The notes: generated by a model from the letters alone, not told the origin. Shown: positions 1-9,505, counted from the stretch's first letter. The stretch: 64,000 nucleotides of DNA from an uncultured Candidatus Saccharibacteria bacterium (GCA_964457775.1 CAYWEW010000003.1:30776-94775); one strand, 5' to 3'. Made by a program: numbers and translations.

Positions 1-1103
1 AGACCTTGTTCTAGGAGTTGATTCATGAAAATCGTTTCCATTCTTCTGGCATTTGGATAATCTGAGTGTTTACCACCCGCAACTTCCGTGTACCAACCAG
101 AAAAATCACTAATCGAAACATTTCGACCAAAGGGTAGAAGTTCTTTATCTCTCTCGTCCTCTAGTTCACAGCACTTTTTGTGATAGATTCTACGAGCTTC
201 ACTTTCTTTTGGTGATAGTTTAGCTTTATTATAGACCTCTCTTATTACGTCATCACTAGTTTCAGTTAATGATTCTACGAAAGCTCTCGCTGATTCGGCC
301 AAAAGTTTAAGATAAAGAGCCTTATATACTTTTGAAACATTGGGAACTCTGTCATACTTGCGTACTAATCTCTCGGCGTCATCTGATGTTTCGCAGTTGG
401 CAGTTTCTTCTGCCATTTTTTCAAGCGCTATTTTTTCAAGAGTGAATAATATTAGATCATGAGATTTTAGGGAAAATGACACTGAATCAAGTAATGCAAT
501 CACTTCTTCTGGGGTTTTGCACAGAAGTAATTTTTGTCTTGCTTCAGCATCTTCAAAAGCCGTCTTTAGATTTTCGCAGCGCTTGTTGAAATCGTGGTCG
601 TATGTTTTAAGTCTCTTCACAAGACCACTAACATCTTTTACTGTCTTACATTCTTGTAACCATTTGTGTCTTAATTTTTCTTCAAAATTGCGAAGCAGTC
701 CGTGGTATATGCCTTTTGCTTCACACCCCTCTGGGGCAGATTCATAAAGTGCTAAGGCGTCTTCATATGTTTTGCAGTTGGCAGCTTTGGTTACTGTTTC
801 GCGGTCCGCAAATACCTTCCAGCATTCAAAATAGATAGCATCAGCTTCTCTCTTGTGTGGTCTCTGGGAGTTTCTATAAAGTGCTAGCGATTCTTCTTCG
901 GACGTGCACTTTGAAGTTTCTTCTACAGCAATTAGTTTTGCAACTTCTTCCCATCTGTCTTCAATAATTTGTTGAATTTCACTTCCCCACGGAGTCAAGG
1001 CATGCAAATTGCATAATCTCAGTGGATCAGATATTTCTGCAATTCTACCTCTTACTTTCTCAACAACTTTACTTCTTATGATTGGAGGCGTCTTCGTTCC
1101 CAT
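1..1103 (-). CDS. hypothetical repeat protein (N-terminal part; start codon rc-ATG at 1101-1103, gene runs off window)
   Basis: Reverse-strand translation from cat at 1101-1103 gives a continuous ORF to position 1. It contains ~40-aa tandem repeats with a recurring ANC(E/K)T..DA..L motif. It was not in the ORF track because there is no stop inside the window. Confidence 0.5.
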   Translation of the reverse strand, partial: MGTKTPPIIRSKVVEKVRGRIAEISDPLRLCNLHALTPWGSEIQQIIEDRWEEVAKLIAVEETSKCTSEEESLALYRNSQRPHKREADAIYFECWKVFADRETVTKAANCKTYEDALALYESAPEGCEAKGIYHGLLRNFEEKLRHKWLQECKTVKDVSGLVKRLKTYDHDFNKRCENLKTAFEDAEARQKLLLCKTPEEVIALLDSVSFSLKSHDLILFTLEKIALEKMAEETANCETSDDAERLVRKYDRVPNVSKVYKALYLKLLAESARAFVESLTETSDDVIREVYNKAKLSPKESEARRIYHKKCCELEDERDKELLPFGRNVSISDFSGWYTEVAGGKHSDYPNARRMETIFMNQLLEQG

Positions 1104-1182
1104 GGTGATTCTCCTTCTGGTTATTGAAAAGTACATATACCAAGAAGAATCCTATCATATATAATTATTGTCACAAAATTAT

Positions 1183-1213
1183 AAAAGCCCCGACACCGAA
1201 GTGGGGGGCTTTT
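1183..1213. terminator. GC hairpin aaaagcccc-N12-ggggctttt flanked by A/T runs, bidirectional intrinsic terminator
   Basis: Perfect 9-bp stem; T-runs follow on both strands. Confidence 0.5.
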
Positions 1214-1434
1214 GGGAGTAAGTTTAGTTTCTGGTCAAATGTTGTGCTCGAGCCGAGCCAGCTCATATGAAAAGAATTCTAGACTAATTCCCAGTTCGTC
1301 CGGCGGACGAACTTATCTTGATACCCCTGTACGCATACCAACTTAATGGATTCTGCAAGGGGTTGGCGGGGTTTGTGGAAAGAACTTAGGTTTGGTCGCG
1401 GATGCGCACCATTTTGACCTCCTCTTTGATTGAC
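1186..1434 (-). ncRNA. candidate small RNA / leader transcript (unknown class)
   Basis: Lies between a consensus sigma70-type promoter (1441-1469, minus) and the hairpin terminator at 1183-1213. There is no ORF of at least 60 aa other than a read-through artefact, and it is locally GC-richer than flanking DNA. It begins with a strong SD (AGAGGAGG) and an 8-codon mini-ORF (MVRIRDQT). Confidence 0.35.
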
Positions 1435-1440
1435 TTGTTA

Positions 1441-1469
1441 ATTATATCATATATAAGTATATCTGTCAA
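1441..1469 (-). promoter_or_regulatory. sigma70-like promoter, TTGACA-N17-TATAAT on minus strand
   Basis: rc of 1464-1469 = TTGACA, rc of 1441-1446 = TATAAT, spacer exactly 17 nt. Confidence 0.6.
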
Positions 1470-1503
1470 GTAGGTAAAAATTGCTTTAAAATGAGGGGAA
1501 TTT

Positions 1504-1550
1504 AAAAAACAAAAATGCGGATGACGTAAGTCATCCGCATTCATTTTTTT
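1504..1550. terminator. intrinsic terminator (aatgcggatgac-gtaa-gtcatccgcatt, U-runs both sides)
   Basis: Perfect 12-bp stem 1514-1541 with T7 after it on + and T-run on minus; sits 8 nt past the stop of the minus-strand gene 1558..1797. Confidence 0.7.
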
Positions 1551-1557
1551 GTCTAAT

Positions 1558-1797
1558 TTACCTTTTAGGAATTTCATATGACCAGTCGTCACTTCCTGGA
1601 CACATTTCTGTTCCTTTTCCGATTCTGTGAGATTCGAGAAAACATTTTTTGGGTTCATTCCCTGAATCAAAATTAACAACCTTAACATCACTTCTGTTAC
1701 AGTGAGGGCAGGTTGTTTTTCCGATTACGTGACGTGTATGAAGAAGTCTTTCCTTCGGTGTTAATTCCTCGATTACTATTTCATTTGTCAGACTCAT
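1558..1797 (-). CDS. small Cys-containing (zinc-ribbon-like) protein
   Basis: 79-aa ORF with CPHC..C..C; strong SD AAGGAGTG 5 nt upstream of ATG; terminator immediately downstream. Confidence 0.5.
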   Translation of the reverse strand: MSLTNEIVIEELTPKERLLHTRHVIGKTTCPHCNRSDVKVVNFDSGNEPKKCFLESHRIGKGTEMCPGSDDWSYEIPKR

Positions 1798-1819
1798 CTC
1801 TCACTCCTTATGTTTTTGT

Positions 1820-2233
1820 TTATGAATAGGCTATGTCAGTCATTTCTCCCGTACTTTTTAGTAGTAACCAAATGTATCTTGGATGGCTTGACCTTAGTTC
1901 ACGAGAAAACCTACGAAACACATTTCTTTTTACTTTTTTACTTTTTGACATTAATCTCAAAAAGTTAAACAGTGTTGTTATTTTTTCTTCCTCCAAAATT
2001 AAAAGTGCTTTGAGTGATAGAGGGAACCAAGACTTTAAACTCAAATCCGTAGCTATCCTGTTTTCATTCATATAACGTAGTGCTCTTAAAGCACCATCTC
2101 TAGCTTTCTCAAATTGATTTTTTGTGCAAGGTTTGTGATTCAAATTATTAATCTCGGTATTGATTTTTGATAAAAACAATTTCAGAGAGTTGATAATAAA
2201 CCCTCTTTTGTATGGAGCTGAATATTTTGTCAT
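1820..2233 (-). CDS. hypothetical protein (137 aa)
   Basis: ORF co-oriented with and 22 nt upstream of the zinc-ribbon gene; GGGG SD-like 6 nt upstream; no recognisable motifs. Confidence 0.35.
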   Translation of the reverse strand: MTKYSAPYKRGFIINSLKLFLSKINTEINNLNHKPCTKNQFEKARDGALRALRYMNENRIATDLSLKSWFPLSLKALLILEEEKITTLFNFLRLMSKSKKVKRNVFRRFSRELRSSHPRYIWLLLKSTGEMTDIAYS

Positions 2234-2322
2234 AACTACCCCTAATAATTTGTCTGTATATAATCTACTATTAATATATCACTATGTCTATACAGTGAAT
2301 AATTGCTATACTAAAAATCACT

Positions 2323-3207
2323 ATGGTAGATAAATATACAGCAGTTTGGGTGTCGCATTCGTCAATGGGGGATTTTCTAAAATGCCCTCGTCTTTATTAT
2401 TTGCATAATATGTATAAGAGTCCAAAGACTGGACATAAAGTTTCTATTGTTAGCCCACATATGTCACTTGGTATTGCTGTGCATGAAGTATTGGAAGGTC
2501 TAGCTGAATACCCAGCTAATGAAAGAATGAGCCGTGATCTTCGTGCGAAGTTCGAAGAGTCATGGTTAAAAGTTACAGGAAAGAAAGGTGGTTTCACTAG
2601 TAATGAAGAAGAGGAAGAATTTAAGCAAAGAGGAAAGGAGATGATTAATAATGTTATCAAAGATCCGCGATTTTTGGTTAATAAATGTATTAAGCTTAAG
2701 CGTGATACGATGCCGTGCAATTTTTATTTGAGCGAGGATCACAATATTATTTTAAACGGTCTAGTTGATTGGTTGGAATATTTACCACTTACAGATTCAC
2801 TTCATATTATTGATTTTAAAACTGGAAAACATGAAGAAAAAGAAAATTCTCTTCAGCTTCCAATATATCTTTTACTTTGTAATGCGCTTCAAAAAAGAAA
2901 AGTAACCAAAGCAAGTTATTGGTATCTTGAAAGTGATAAGATGGTTGAGGCTACTCTTCCAGATATAGAAACAGCAGAAAAGAATGTTTTAGAAGTTGCG
3001 ATGAAGGTAAAAGAGGCTAGAAGAATTGCAAAGAATGAAGGGGAGGGTAAAGTTTTTGTTTGTCCTGAGGGCGCTTATAATCCTATAACTAAGGAAGGTG
3101 GATGCATGAATTGTAGGCCTTATGAATGGATAATAAACGGTGATGAGAGAATGGAATCAGTTGGTGTTGGGGGATTTAGTCAGGATATGTATATTGTGAG
3201 GAAATAG
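2323..3207 (+). CDS. PD-(D/E)XK nuclease, Cas4/RecB-like with 4-Cys cluster
   Basis: N-terminal C-P-x motif (FLKCPRLYY), catalytic IIDFKTG, QLPIY (QhxxY) motif and C-terminal C-x13-C-x2-C. Confidence 0.8.
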   Translation: MVDKYTAVWVSHSSMGDFLKCPRLYYLHNMYKSPKTGHKVSIVSPHMSLGIAVHEVLEGLAEYPANERMSRDLRAKFEESWLKVTGKKGGFTSNEEEEEFKQRGKEMINNVIKDPRFLVNKCIKLKRDTMPCNFYLSEDHNIILNGLVDWLEYLPLTDSLHIIDFKTGKHEEKENSLQLPIYLLLCNALQKRKVTKASYWYLESDKMVEATLPDIETAEKNVLEVAMKVKEARRIAKNEGEGKVFVCPEGAYNPITKEGGCMNCRPYEWIINGDERMESVGVGGFSQDMYIVRK

Positions 3208-3211
3208 AGTT

Positions 3212-3724
3212 ATGCTTAACTATATGAAAAATAATAATTTAATAATCGGTGTAGGTGTGGTTATCTTAGTAGTAGTGGCCTATTTTCTTGGTACTAAAAA
3301 TAACACAACTCAAACTGAAGTGTCAGGATCCGTTGTTTCTAATACAACAGATTCTACATCAACTTCAACTGCAGTCATAAAAAATACAAATGTAAAACCT
3401 GTTGTAAAGACAACAACCACCACCACATCAAGTAATTATATTAAAATAGATCAAAGAGTTTTGTTAAGTGGTGTCTATGTTACGCCGAGTAAAGTTACAT
3501 ATGATAGTAGGTGTGCAAAGGATGTGCAATGTATACAGGCAGGAACTGTTGAATTAGGGGTTTTGCTTGAAAGCGGAAGTCTGTCTCAAAGCGTAATTAT
3601 AACTCTTGGTAAGCCGTTTTATTTCGCTGAAAGACAAGTAACTTTAACAAGCGTTACTCCTAGTAAGTTATCAACTAAAGTTTTAAAAGACTCTGATTAC
3701 AGATTTTCAATTACTGTTAAGTAA
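3212..3724 (+). CDS. membrane-anchored Thr/Ser-rich protein
   Basis: N-terminal TM helix, poly-T/S linker, then a Cys-containing globular C-terminus. Confidence 0.55.
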   Translation: MLNYMKNNNLIIGVGVVILVVVAYFLGTKNNTTQTEVSGSVVSNTTDSTSTSTAVIKNTNVKPVVKTTTTTTSSNYIKIDQRVLLSGVYVTPSKVTYDSRCAKDVQCIQAGTVELGVLLESGSLSQSVIITLGKPFYFAERQVTLTSVTPSKLSTKVLKDSDYRFSITVK

Positions 3725-3736
3725 TAAAAATTTAAT

Positions 3737-4360
3737 TTAATACTTTAATTTAAAAGCTTTCTTCGCTCCTGGTGGAATGTCTTTTATTTCCTCGAATTTA
3801 TATTTTGATTTTTTGTCACAATTATTTTTAACTGACTCTGTAACTAGTATTTCATAAGCACCGGCGGTGTCCTCTCCTAATTTACTTGCGGCATTTACTT
3901 CGGCACCATAGACATCATTGTCTCCAATTTTTAGAACCTTGCCATAGCCTAGTCCTACACATAACAAAACCTGTTCTTCTTTTGTTCTATTTTTGTTGTA
4001 TTTTGCTAACACCTTCTCCATTTGTATTGATGCTTGTATTCCTTTTTCAATATTTCTAAATATAACCAAGTAACTGTCACCTTCAGCTTTAAGAAGTATG
4101 CCGTCATGATTTTCCAATATTGGTATTAGTAGTCGTTGAGATTCATGTATGGTTTGTAGAAAATGTATAATACCAAATTTTTCAACATGTCTAGAAAATC
4201 CTGATAGGTCAGTGAACATTACACACCAGTCTTCTCCAAATAGGTCCCAGATTCTTTTGTCTATCAACTCTCTGTTAGCACCTTTTTTGAGACGTTCATT
4301 AATGAGGTTTTCTAGTCGGTCTTCTGATGCTGAAGTGAGTATAAGTTTTTTGTATGACAT
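3737..4360 (-). CDS. minimal class III nucleotidyl (adenylate/guanylate) cyclase, no sensor domain
   Basis: VMFTDLSGFS, KAEGDSYLVIF, VGLGYGKV and GDNDVYGAEVNAASKL match class III cyclase metal-binding, substrate-Lys and transition-state motifs; only ~45 aa precede the catalytic core. Confidence 0.7.
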   Translation of the reverse strand: MSYKKLILTSASEDRLENLINERLKKGANRELIDKRIWDLFGEDWCVMFTDLSGFSRHVEKFGIIHFLQTIHESQRLLIPILENHDGILLKAEGDSYLVIFRNIEKGIQASIQMEKVLAKYNKNRTKEEQVLLCVGLGYGKVLKIGDNDVYGAEVNAASKLGEDTAGAYEILVTESVKNNCDKKSKYKFEEIKDIPPGAKKAFKLKY

Positions 4361-4463
4361 GGATTACATATAATTATATTATTAAGTGTATTCCTTTTTT
4401 AGAAAATGTAAAAAGAAAATGGGATGGTTCGCGAGGCGAACCATCCCATTATGATTTTTGAAA

Positions 4464-6041
4464 CTAAAGAACTTTGTTTGCGTGATCCGCAAGGCGTGAA
4501 CGTTCACCTTTTAGCAATGTTATATGACCACTATGTCTCCAATCTTTAAAACGATCAACGAGGTGTGCTAGGCCTGAAGACCCTTCAGTGATGTAAGGGG
4601 TATCAATTTGCGCGAGGTTACCCAGACAAACAATTTTTGTTCCTGGTCCGGCACGAGTAATAAGTGCCTTCATTAACTTCGGTGTAAGATTCTGAGCCTC
4701 GTCAATAATTAGAAACTTATTGAGAAAAGTTCTTCCGCGCATAAAGCCCATAGACTTTATTTTTATACGACTGCGCACTAGGTCCATTGTTGCTGCCTTA
4801 CCCCAGTCACCGCCGTATTTAACCCCGTCACCTTTTTCTGTGCATTGGTTACCACTATTAAGTACATCAAGATTATCTTCAAGCGCACCCATCCACGGAG
4901 TCATTTTTTCTTCCTCTGTTCCAGGAAGAAAACCAATTTCTTCTCCAAGTGGAACTGTTACGCGGGTAATAATTATTTCTGAATAACGTTTTGTTTCAAG
5001 AGTTTTAGTGAGTGCAGCAGCAAGTGCTAGTAATGTTTTTCCAGTACCTGCTTGGCCAAGAAGGGTAACAATGTCAACGTCTTCGTCGAGTAAAAGATTG
5101 AGTGCAAAGTTTTGTTCACGGTTACGAGCAACTATTCCCCACACTGCACTTTTTTGATGAGTGTAGTCATTTGCTGTTCGTAGTGTGACAAAGCGAGGCT
5201 CCTTCTTTATAACTTGCGCTTCGAATTTTTCCCCACCAACTGAATAAACAAATTCATTAGGTTGTAGGGATTGAATTAAATGACCAGATACTTCGTATAT
5301 AGAATTTTTCCCTTCTTTTTTTACTTCAGGACTTTTGGGTTGATTGTTCCAGAAATCATCAGGAAGTTCTTGCATGCCTTGATACAGCATATCAGCATCT
5401 TCTATTACCAGGTCATTGCGATAATCCTCGACCTCTATTCTTAGCATTCGTGCCTTGATACGCATAATGGTATCTTTGGAAACAAGAACAACTTTGTACC
5501 TGCCTTTGTACTTCGTGACTAAATGGCTTACAACAGCAAGAATTCTGTCGTCACCATTCTTAGCAGTGTCTTCCGCAGGTACATCTTCAGTTTGTAGAAA
5601 CAAAGAGCCTGTAGCAATGCCACCAGAAGCTTCAAATAATGGTATGCCATCGTAGATATTAATTGTCGAATCAGTGGAAAGAATTTCCTCTAACGTTCGA
5701 GATATTTGACGAGAATTTCTATTTTTTTCTTCATGACCTTTTTTGTTGTCATCAAGCTCCCGAACTGTTTGCATTGGGAAATAAACATGATGTTCTTGGA
5801 ATCTGTATACACAAGTTGGGTCATGCATAGGTACGTTGGTATCAAGTACATACATGCACAACTCAGTAGGCACATTAAGAACTTTTTGCTTTCTTTGTGT
5901 TTTTTGCACGAAGGGTATTTGGGGCTTTTTACTGCTACCAAAATTTTTGGCAGCAATATCAGTTTGTTTGCTAAGCTGTGCCCTCCTACCACTCCTTGCA
6001 CCACCCACAGAACTGATTGGTTTACCTTTTGGACTTGCCAT
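4464..6041 (-). CDS. PhoH-like ATPase with N-terminal PIN domain (YlaK-like)
   Basis: PIN signature LVLDTNVPMHD; Walker A GQAGTGKT; PhoH box IDEAQNLTP...GNLAQIDTPYI; SD AAGGGAG upstream. Confidence 0.85.
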   Translation of the reverse strand: MASPKGKPISSVGGARSGRRAQLSKQTDIAAKNFGSSKKPQIPFVQKTQRKQKVLNVPTELCMYVLDTNVPMHDPTCVYRFQEHHVYFPMQTVRELDDNKKGHEEKNRNSRQISRTLEEILSTDSTINIYDGIPLFEASGGIATGSLFLQTEDVPAEDTAKNGDDRILAVVSHLVTKYKGRYKVVLVSKDTIMRIKARMLRIEVEDYRNDLVIEDADMLYQGMQELPDDFWNNQPKSPEVKKEGKNSIYEVSGHLIQSLQPNEFVYSVGGEKFEAQVIKKEPRFVTLRTANDYTHQKSAVWGIVARNREQNFALNLLLDEDVDIVTLLGQAGTGKTLLALAAALTKTLETKRYSEIIITRVTVPLGEEIGFLPGTEEEKMTPWMGALEDNLDVLNSGNQCTEKGDGVKYGGDWGKAATMDLVRSRIKIKSMGFMRGRTFLNKFLIIDEAQNLTPKLMKALITRAGPGTKIVCLGNLAQIDTPYITEGSSGLAHLVDRFKDWRHSGHITLLKGERSRLADHANKVL

Positions 6042-6194
6042 GATTCTTACTCCCTTGTGGTTAATTGAAAAAGAACAAATTACCTAGCGTATACTATGCC
6101 TTTTTAAGGATTATGCAAGTTTTGTTGTGAGTACATTAGAAGTAATTAAAAAGTGCGATATAATTAATATATGTTATTGGAATAATATAATTAT

Positions 6195-6581
6195 ATGGAA
6201 GGAAAACCACAAACAAATTCAACAGAAACAAAAATGGAAAACAATGAGCCTTTAGGATTAAAGGAGTCAGTTACGGAATTTTTAAAATCAAAAGGGGTGG
6301 ATACGGAAGTTTTTAAACCTGTTGTTAATATAACTGACAAAGGTTATTTGTCAGTTGAGATTTATAAGGATGGAAAGAGTGTATTTAATGGATATTCAGC
6401 ATCTGAACCATTTAGTGTTGGAAAAGAAAAAATAATTGAAGGGGCAAAAGAAGCGGTTGGTTATTGGGTTGATAGTCAAGCTCCTGTAATGGAAGATATG
6501 AATGCAATCAGGGAAGATATTCATAAGCAGTTAGAATTAGTAAAAGCGAATATGGATAACCAAGACCAAAAGGCGGCATAA
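6195..6581 (+). CDS. hypothetical protein (128 aa)
   Basis: Clean ORF, no recognisable motif. Confidence 0.5.
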   Translation: MEGKPQTNSTETKMENNEPLGLKESVTEFLKSKGVDTEVFKPVVNITDKGYLSVEIYKDGKSVFNGYSASEPFSVGKEKIIEGAKEAVGYWVDSQAPVMEDMNAIREDIHKQLELVKANMDNQDQKAA

Positions 6582-6588
6582 ATAAAAA

Positions 6589-7155
6589 TTGTACAAGTTG
6601 AAAAAGACCATAATACTAAATAGTAAGAAAATTGAGTACACATTAAAAGTTTCAGAAAGAGCAAAAGGAATAAGATTAGCTGTGTACTATGACGGTAGTT
6701 TTGTGGTTACTATTCCTAAGAGAGTAAAGGAGAATGTTGCTGAAGAGTTTATTCTTCAAAAATCAGAATGGATATTAAGTAAACTGGAACATTTCAAAAA
6801 TTGTCCAAAAAAAGAGGTAATTAAACACACAACAAAAGAAATAAAGGAATATAAAATAATAGCGGGGGAGTATGTTCGTACTCGTTTGGAATATTGGAAT
6901 AAATTTTATAATTTTAGCTATAATAAAATCACCATCAAAAATGTAAAATCAAGATGGGGGAGTTGCTCAAGGAAAGGGAATTTGAACTTCAATTATAAAA
7001 TTGCACTTCTCCCACAAGAGCTAGCTGATTATATTGTTGTACACGAGCTCTGTCATTTAGGTGAAATGAATCACTCATCAAAATTTTGGAACCTTGTCGC
7101 ACAAACAATTCCTGAACATAAGGAGCTACGTAGACAGCTTAAGGGCTCATTATAG
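6589..7155 (+). CDS. YgjP/DUF45-family (M48-like) metal-dependent hydrolase
   Basis: RWGSCS...HELCHLxxxNHSxxFW motif (HExxH) typical of DUF45/YgjP. Confidence 0.75.
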   Translation: MYKLKKTIILNSKKIEYTLKVSERAKGIRLAVYYDGSFVVTIPKRVKENVAEEFILQKSEWILSKLEHFKNCPKKEVIKHTTKEIKEYKIIAGEYVRTRLEYWNKFYNFSYNKITIKNVKSRWGSCSRKGNLNFNYKIALLPQELADYIVVHELCHLGEMNHSSKFWNLVAQTIPEHKELRRQLKGSL

Positions 7156-7177
7156 TTCGTCATGCTATTATTAAAGT

Positions 7178-7576
7178 ATGAATACTAATTATGTTAACTA
7201 TAAAGATTTAATTAAGCCTGATTGGGCACCGCCTTCCTGGTTGTTCGGACCTGTTTGGAGTTTTCTGTATATTATTATTGCAGTCTCATTTGGTTATGTA
7301 GCTTACAAATATTTTAAAGGAGAGGTATCCTTCATGGTTCTTCTTCCGTTTATTTTGAATCTATTTTTTAATTTTATATTTACACCAATTCAGTTTGGAT
7401 TGAAAAATTTACCATTAGCAGCACTAGATATACTTTTGGTCCTTATTACATTAACTTGGTCATTGGTAGTAATATTTCCAATTATTGTTTGGGTTGCTTA
7501 TGCGAATATTCCATATTTGATATGGGTTTCTTTTGCTACAGTTTTGCAATTAACTATTACATTTCTAAATAAATAA
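7178..7576 (+). CDS. tspO: TspO/MBR-family tryptophan-rich membrane protein (short form)
   Basis: KPDWAPPSWLFGPVWSFLYII matches the TspO N-terminal signature; multi-TM. Confidence 0.65.
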   Translation: MNTNYVNYKDLIKPDWAPPSWLFGPVWSFLYIIIAVSFGYVAYKYFKGEVSFMVLLPFILNLFFNFIFTPIQFGLKNLPLAALDILLVLITLTWSLVVIFPIIVWVAYANIPYLIWVSFATVLQLTITFLNK

Positions 7577-7581
7577 TAAAT

Positions 7582-8088
7582 ATGAAATCTGAGAAAGTAG
7601 TTGTGAATGACATTATGCAGAACAACTATGTATATGAAAGAACTGAGATAATTGGCAAGAATTTTGATTCTTTATTTCGTCCAGAGTTGACTCCAAAGGA
7701 AATGTTGGAGCTCGGTGTGTTTGGTGGTAAATATATGACTGACTGTAAAGATGAATTTCCAAAAAGTTGGTTTAAGAATGCAAAGTTAAATAGTGAGAAA
7801 TATGATAAGTCACTGAATTATTTTGGTGTAAAAGCAAGTCAGTCTCTTGCCGATTGGAGAAAGAGTGGGTGGTTACACAAGGATGATCCACGTGGATGGT
7901 TTCAGTGGTACTGTAGGTACTATATGGGAAGAAGACATGTTGATGATGGAAGACAAATAAAAAGATGGTTTAATATGAAGCGACATATTATTTGGCTACA
8001 AGGTGCTTGCAGAAGAGGAGATGAATCGTGTAGACCGAGACAACGCCAAGCTTTGCTTCATTGGGCGTATGATAGTAGGAAATTATAA
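7582..8088 (+). CDS. conserved hypothetical protein (Trp/Arg-rich C-terminus)
   Basis: 168-aa ORF; GWFQWYCRYYMGRR motif; family not recognised. Confidence 0.5.
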   Translation: MKSEKVVVNDIMQNNYVYERTEIIGKNFDSLFRPELTPKEMLELGVFGGKYMTDCKDEFPKSWFKNAKLNSEKYDKSLNYFGVKASQSLADWRKSGWLHKDDPRGWFQWYCRYYMGRRHVDDGRQIKRWFNMKRHIIWLQGACRRGDESCRPRQRQALLHWAYDSRKL

Positions 8089-8172
8089 ATTACAAAAAAC
8101 ATAAATCTGTTAAGTAAGAATTTATATTTTTTTGAAAAAAATTTTTACTATAAATAATATTTGTACAAAATA

Positions 8173-8538
8173 TTATTTACTGTAATAAGAATTAATTTTT
8201 TCTTCAAGAGAATTAAAATCAGCATCAGCAACTCCAAAATGTCTACAAATTTGGGAACGTATATCACCTTGTTCAAATTCCTTTCGGAAATTTTCTTGTT
8301 GTCTAGGGTCTTGAGTATCATAGTTAGATTTCTTTCTAAGTTCCCTTGTGACCAAATCTATTAGTCCGACAGCGGGACGCTTAAGAACATCTTCTTTTTG
8401 ATTTTCCATAACCGCGATTATGGCTTCATTGATGTACTCATTTCTTTTTTCTATAAGTTCATATTTGTTCGGGTGTTGTGGAGAACCATCAACTAGATTG
8501 GTGTCATTATAATTATGAAAAGAAGAGTATTGTTCCAT
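8173..8538 (-). CDS. hypothetical protein (121 aa)
   Basis: Only minus-strand ORF in an otherwise + region; no motifs. Confidence 0.4.
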   Translation of the reverse strand: MEQYSSFHNYNDTNLVDGSPQHPNKYELIEKRNEYINEAIIAVMENQKEDVLKRPAVGLIDLVTRELRKKSNYDTQDPRQQENFRKEFEQGDIRSQICRHFGVADADFNSLEEKINSYYSK

Positions 8539-8646
8539 ATTTTGTGTTTATTTATTATTAAATAAGTATATCACTTATTTATTACAGAATTATATCTAAT
8601 TTACAAATTATTTAAATTACAATAAATATGCTATAATGTCTAGATT

Positions 8647-9396
8647 ATGACAGAAAAGGTATATTTATACGGACGAAATCCTCTAAAGGAGGCAATTCTT
8701 GCGAGTAAACGTAACGGTTCTTCAGTTATCGAGAAACTTTTTTTGACCAAGCAAGCAGAAGATGAACCGAAAGTGATGAGTCTAATTCAAAGTAATAATC
8801 TAACTTATGATGTTGTTACATATCAAGAAATAGAAAGTATGGTTGGTCGTGGTGTTGTGCATCAGGGTGTTTGTGCATTACTTGATGAAAGTACTCTTTA
8901 TACATCACTCGAAGAAGTGATTGCAAAGTCTAAAGCAAATGAAAGGAACTCACTTTTTGTATTATTAGATAAACTTCAAGACCCGCATAATGTTGGGGCG
9001 ATTATTCGTTCTGCTGTTGCTTTCGGGGCTGATGCAATATTGCTTCCTGAAAATGATCAGGTTCTTATAAATGGCACAGTTATCAAAACATCTTCAGGGA
9101 TGACATTCGCACTTCCGATTGTAAAAATTGGTAATGTGAACACTACTCTTACAAAATTAAAAGATAACGGATTTTGGACGTATGGATTAACTGGAGAAGG
9201 AGATACAAAATTACACAAAGCAAAATTTGATACTAATACTGTAATTGTTGTTGGTGGTGAGGGTGAAGGTATAAAAACAAAGACTCTTGAGTTGTGTGAT
9301 TTTAAATTGTCTATTGAAACGAATTCATTATGTGAATCGTTGAATGCGTCAAATGCTAGTGCTGTTGTGTTATACGAATGGCGTAAGCAAAATTAA
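8647..9396 (+). CDS. rlmB: 23S rRNA (guanosine-2'-O)-methyltransferase RlmB / SpoU-TrmH family
   Basis: SpoU motifs DKLQDPHNVGAIIRSAVAFG, IVVGGEGEGI, NASNASAVVLYE. Confidence 0.8.
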   Translation: MTEKVYLYGRNPLKEAILASKRNGSSVIEKLFLTKQAEDEPKVMSLIQSNNLTYDVVTYQEIESMVGRGVVHQGVCALLDESTLYTSLEEVIAKSKANERNSLFVLLDKLQDPHNVGAIIRSAVAFGADAILLPENDQVLINGTVIKTSSGMTFALPIVKIGNVNTTLTKLKDNGFWTYGLTGEGDTKLHKAKFDTNTVIVVGGEGEGIKTKTLELCDFKLSIETNSLCESLNASNASAVVLYEWRKQN

Positions 9397-9505
9397 TAAA
9401 ATACATGCCTTTAAAACAAAATGAAAATAAGGGGTGGCCAAGGAGCGAAGAGCGACGATGGGTTCCGCAGCTAGCAAGCGAAGGAACAACGAGATAAAAT
9501 AATTT

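Noticed and set aside
1104-1557. Scanned long spacers for tRNA genes (GGTTCGAATCC-type T-arms, 72-90-nt GC-richer blocks), including 23587-23802, 44744-44929 and 62148-62380.
   Set aside because: No cloverleaf-compatible segment or T-loop consensus was spotted by eye. A tRNAscan run is needed for certainty.
1386-1691. 101-aa minus-strand ORF from the ORF track.
   Set aside because: It overlaps the zinc-ribbon gene in another frame and reads through a perfect intrinsic terminator and a consensus promoter; almost certainly spurious.
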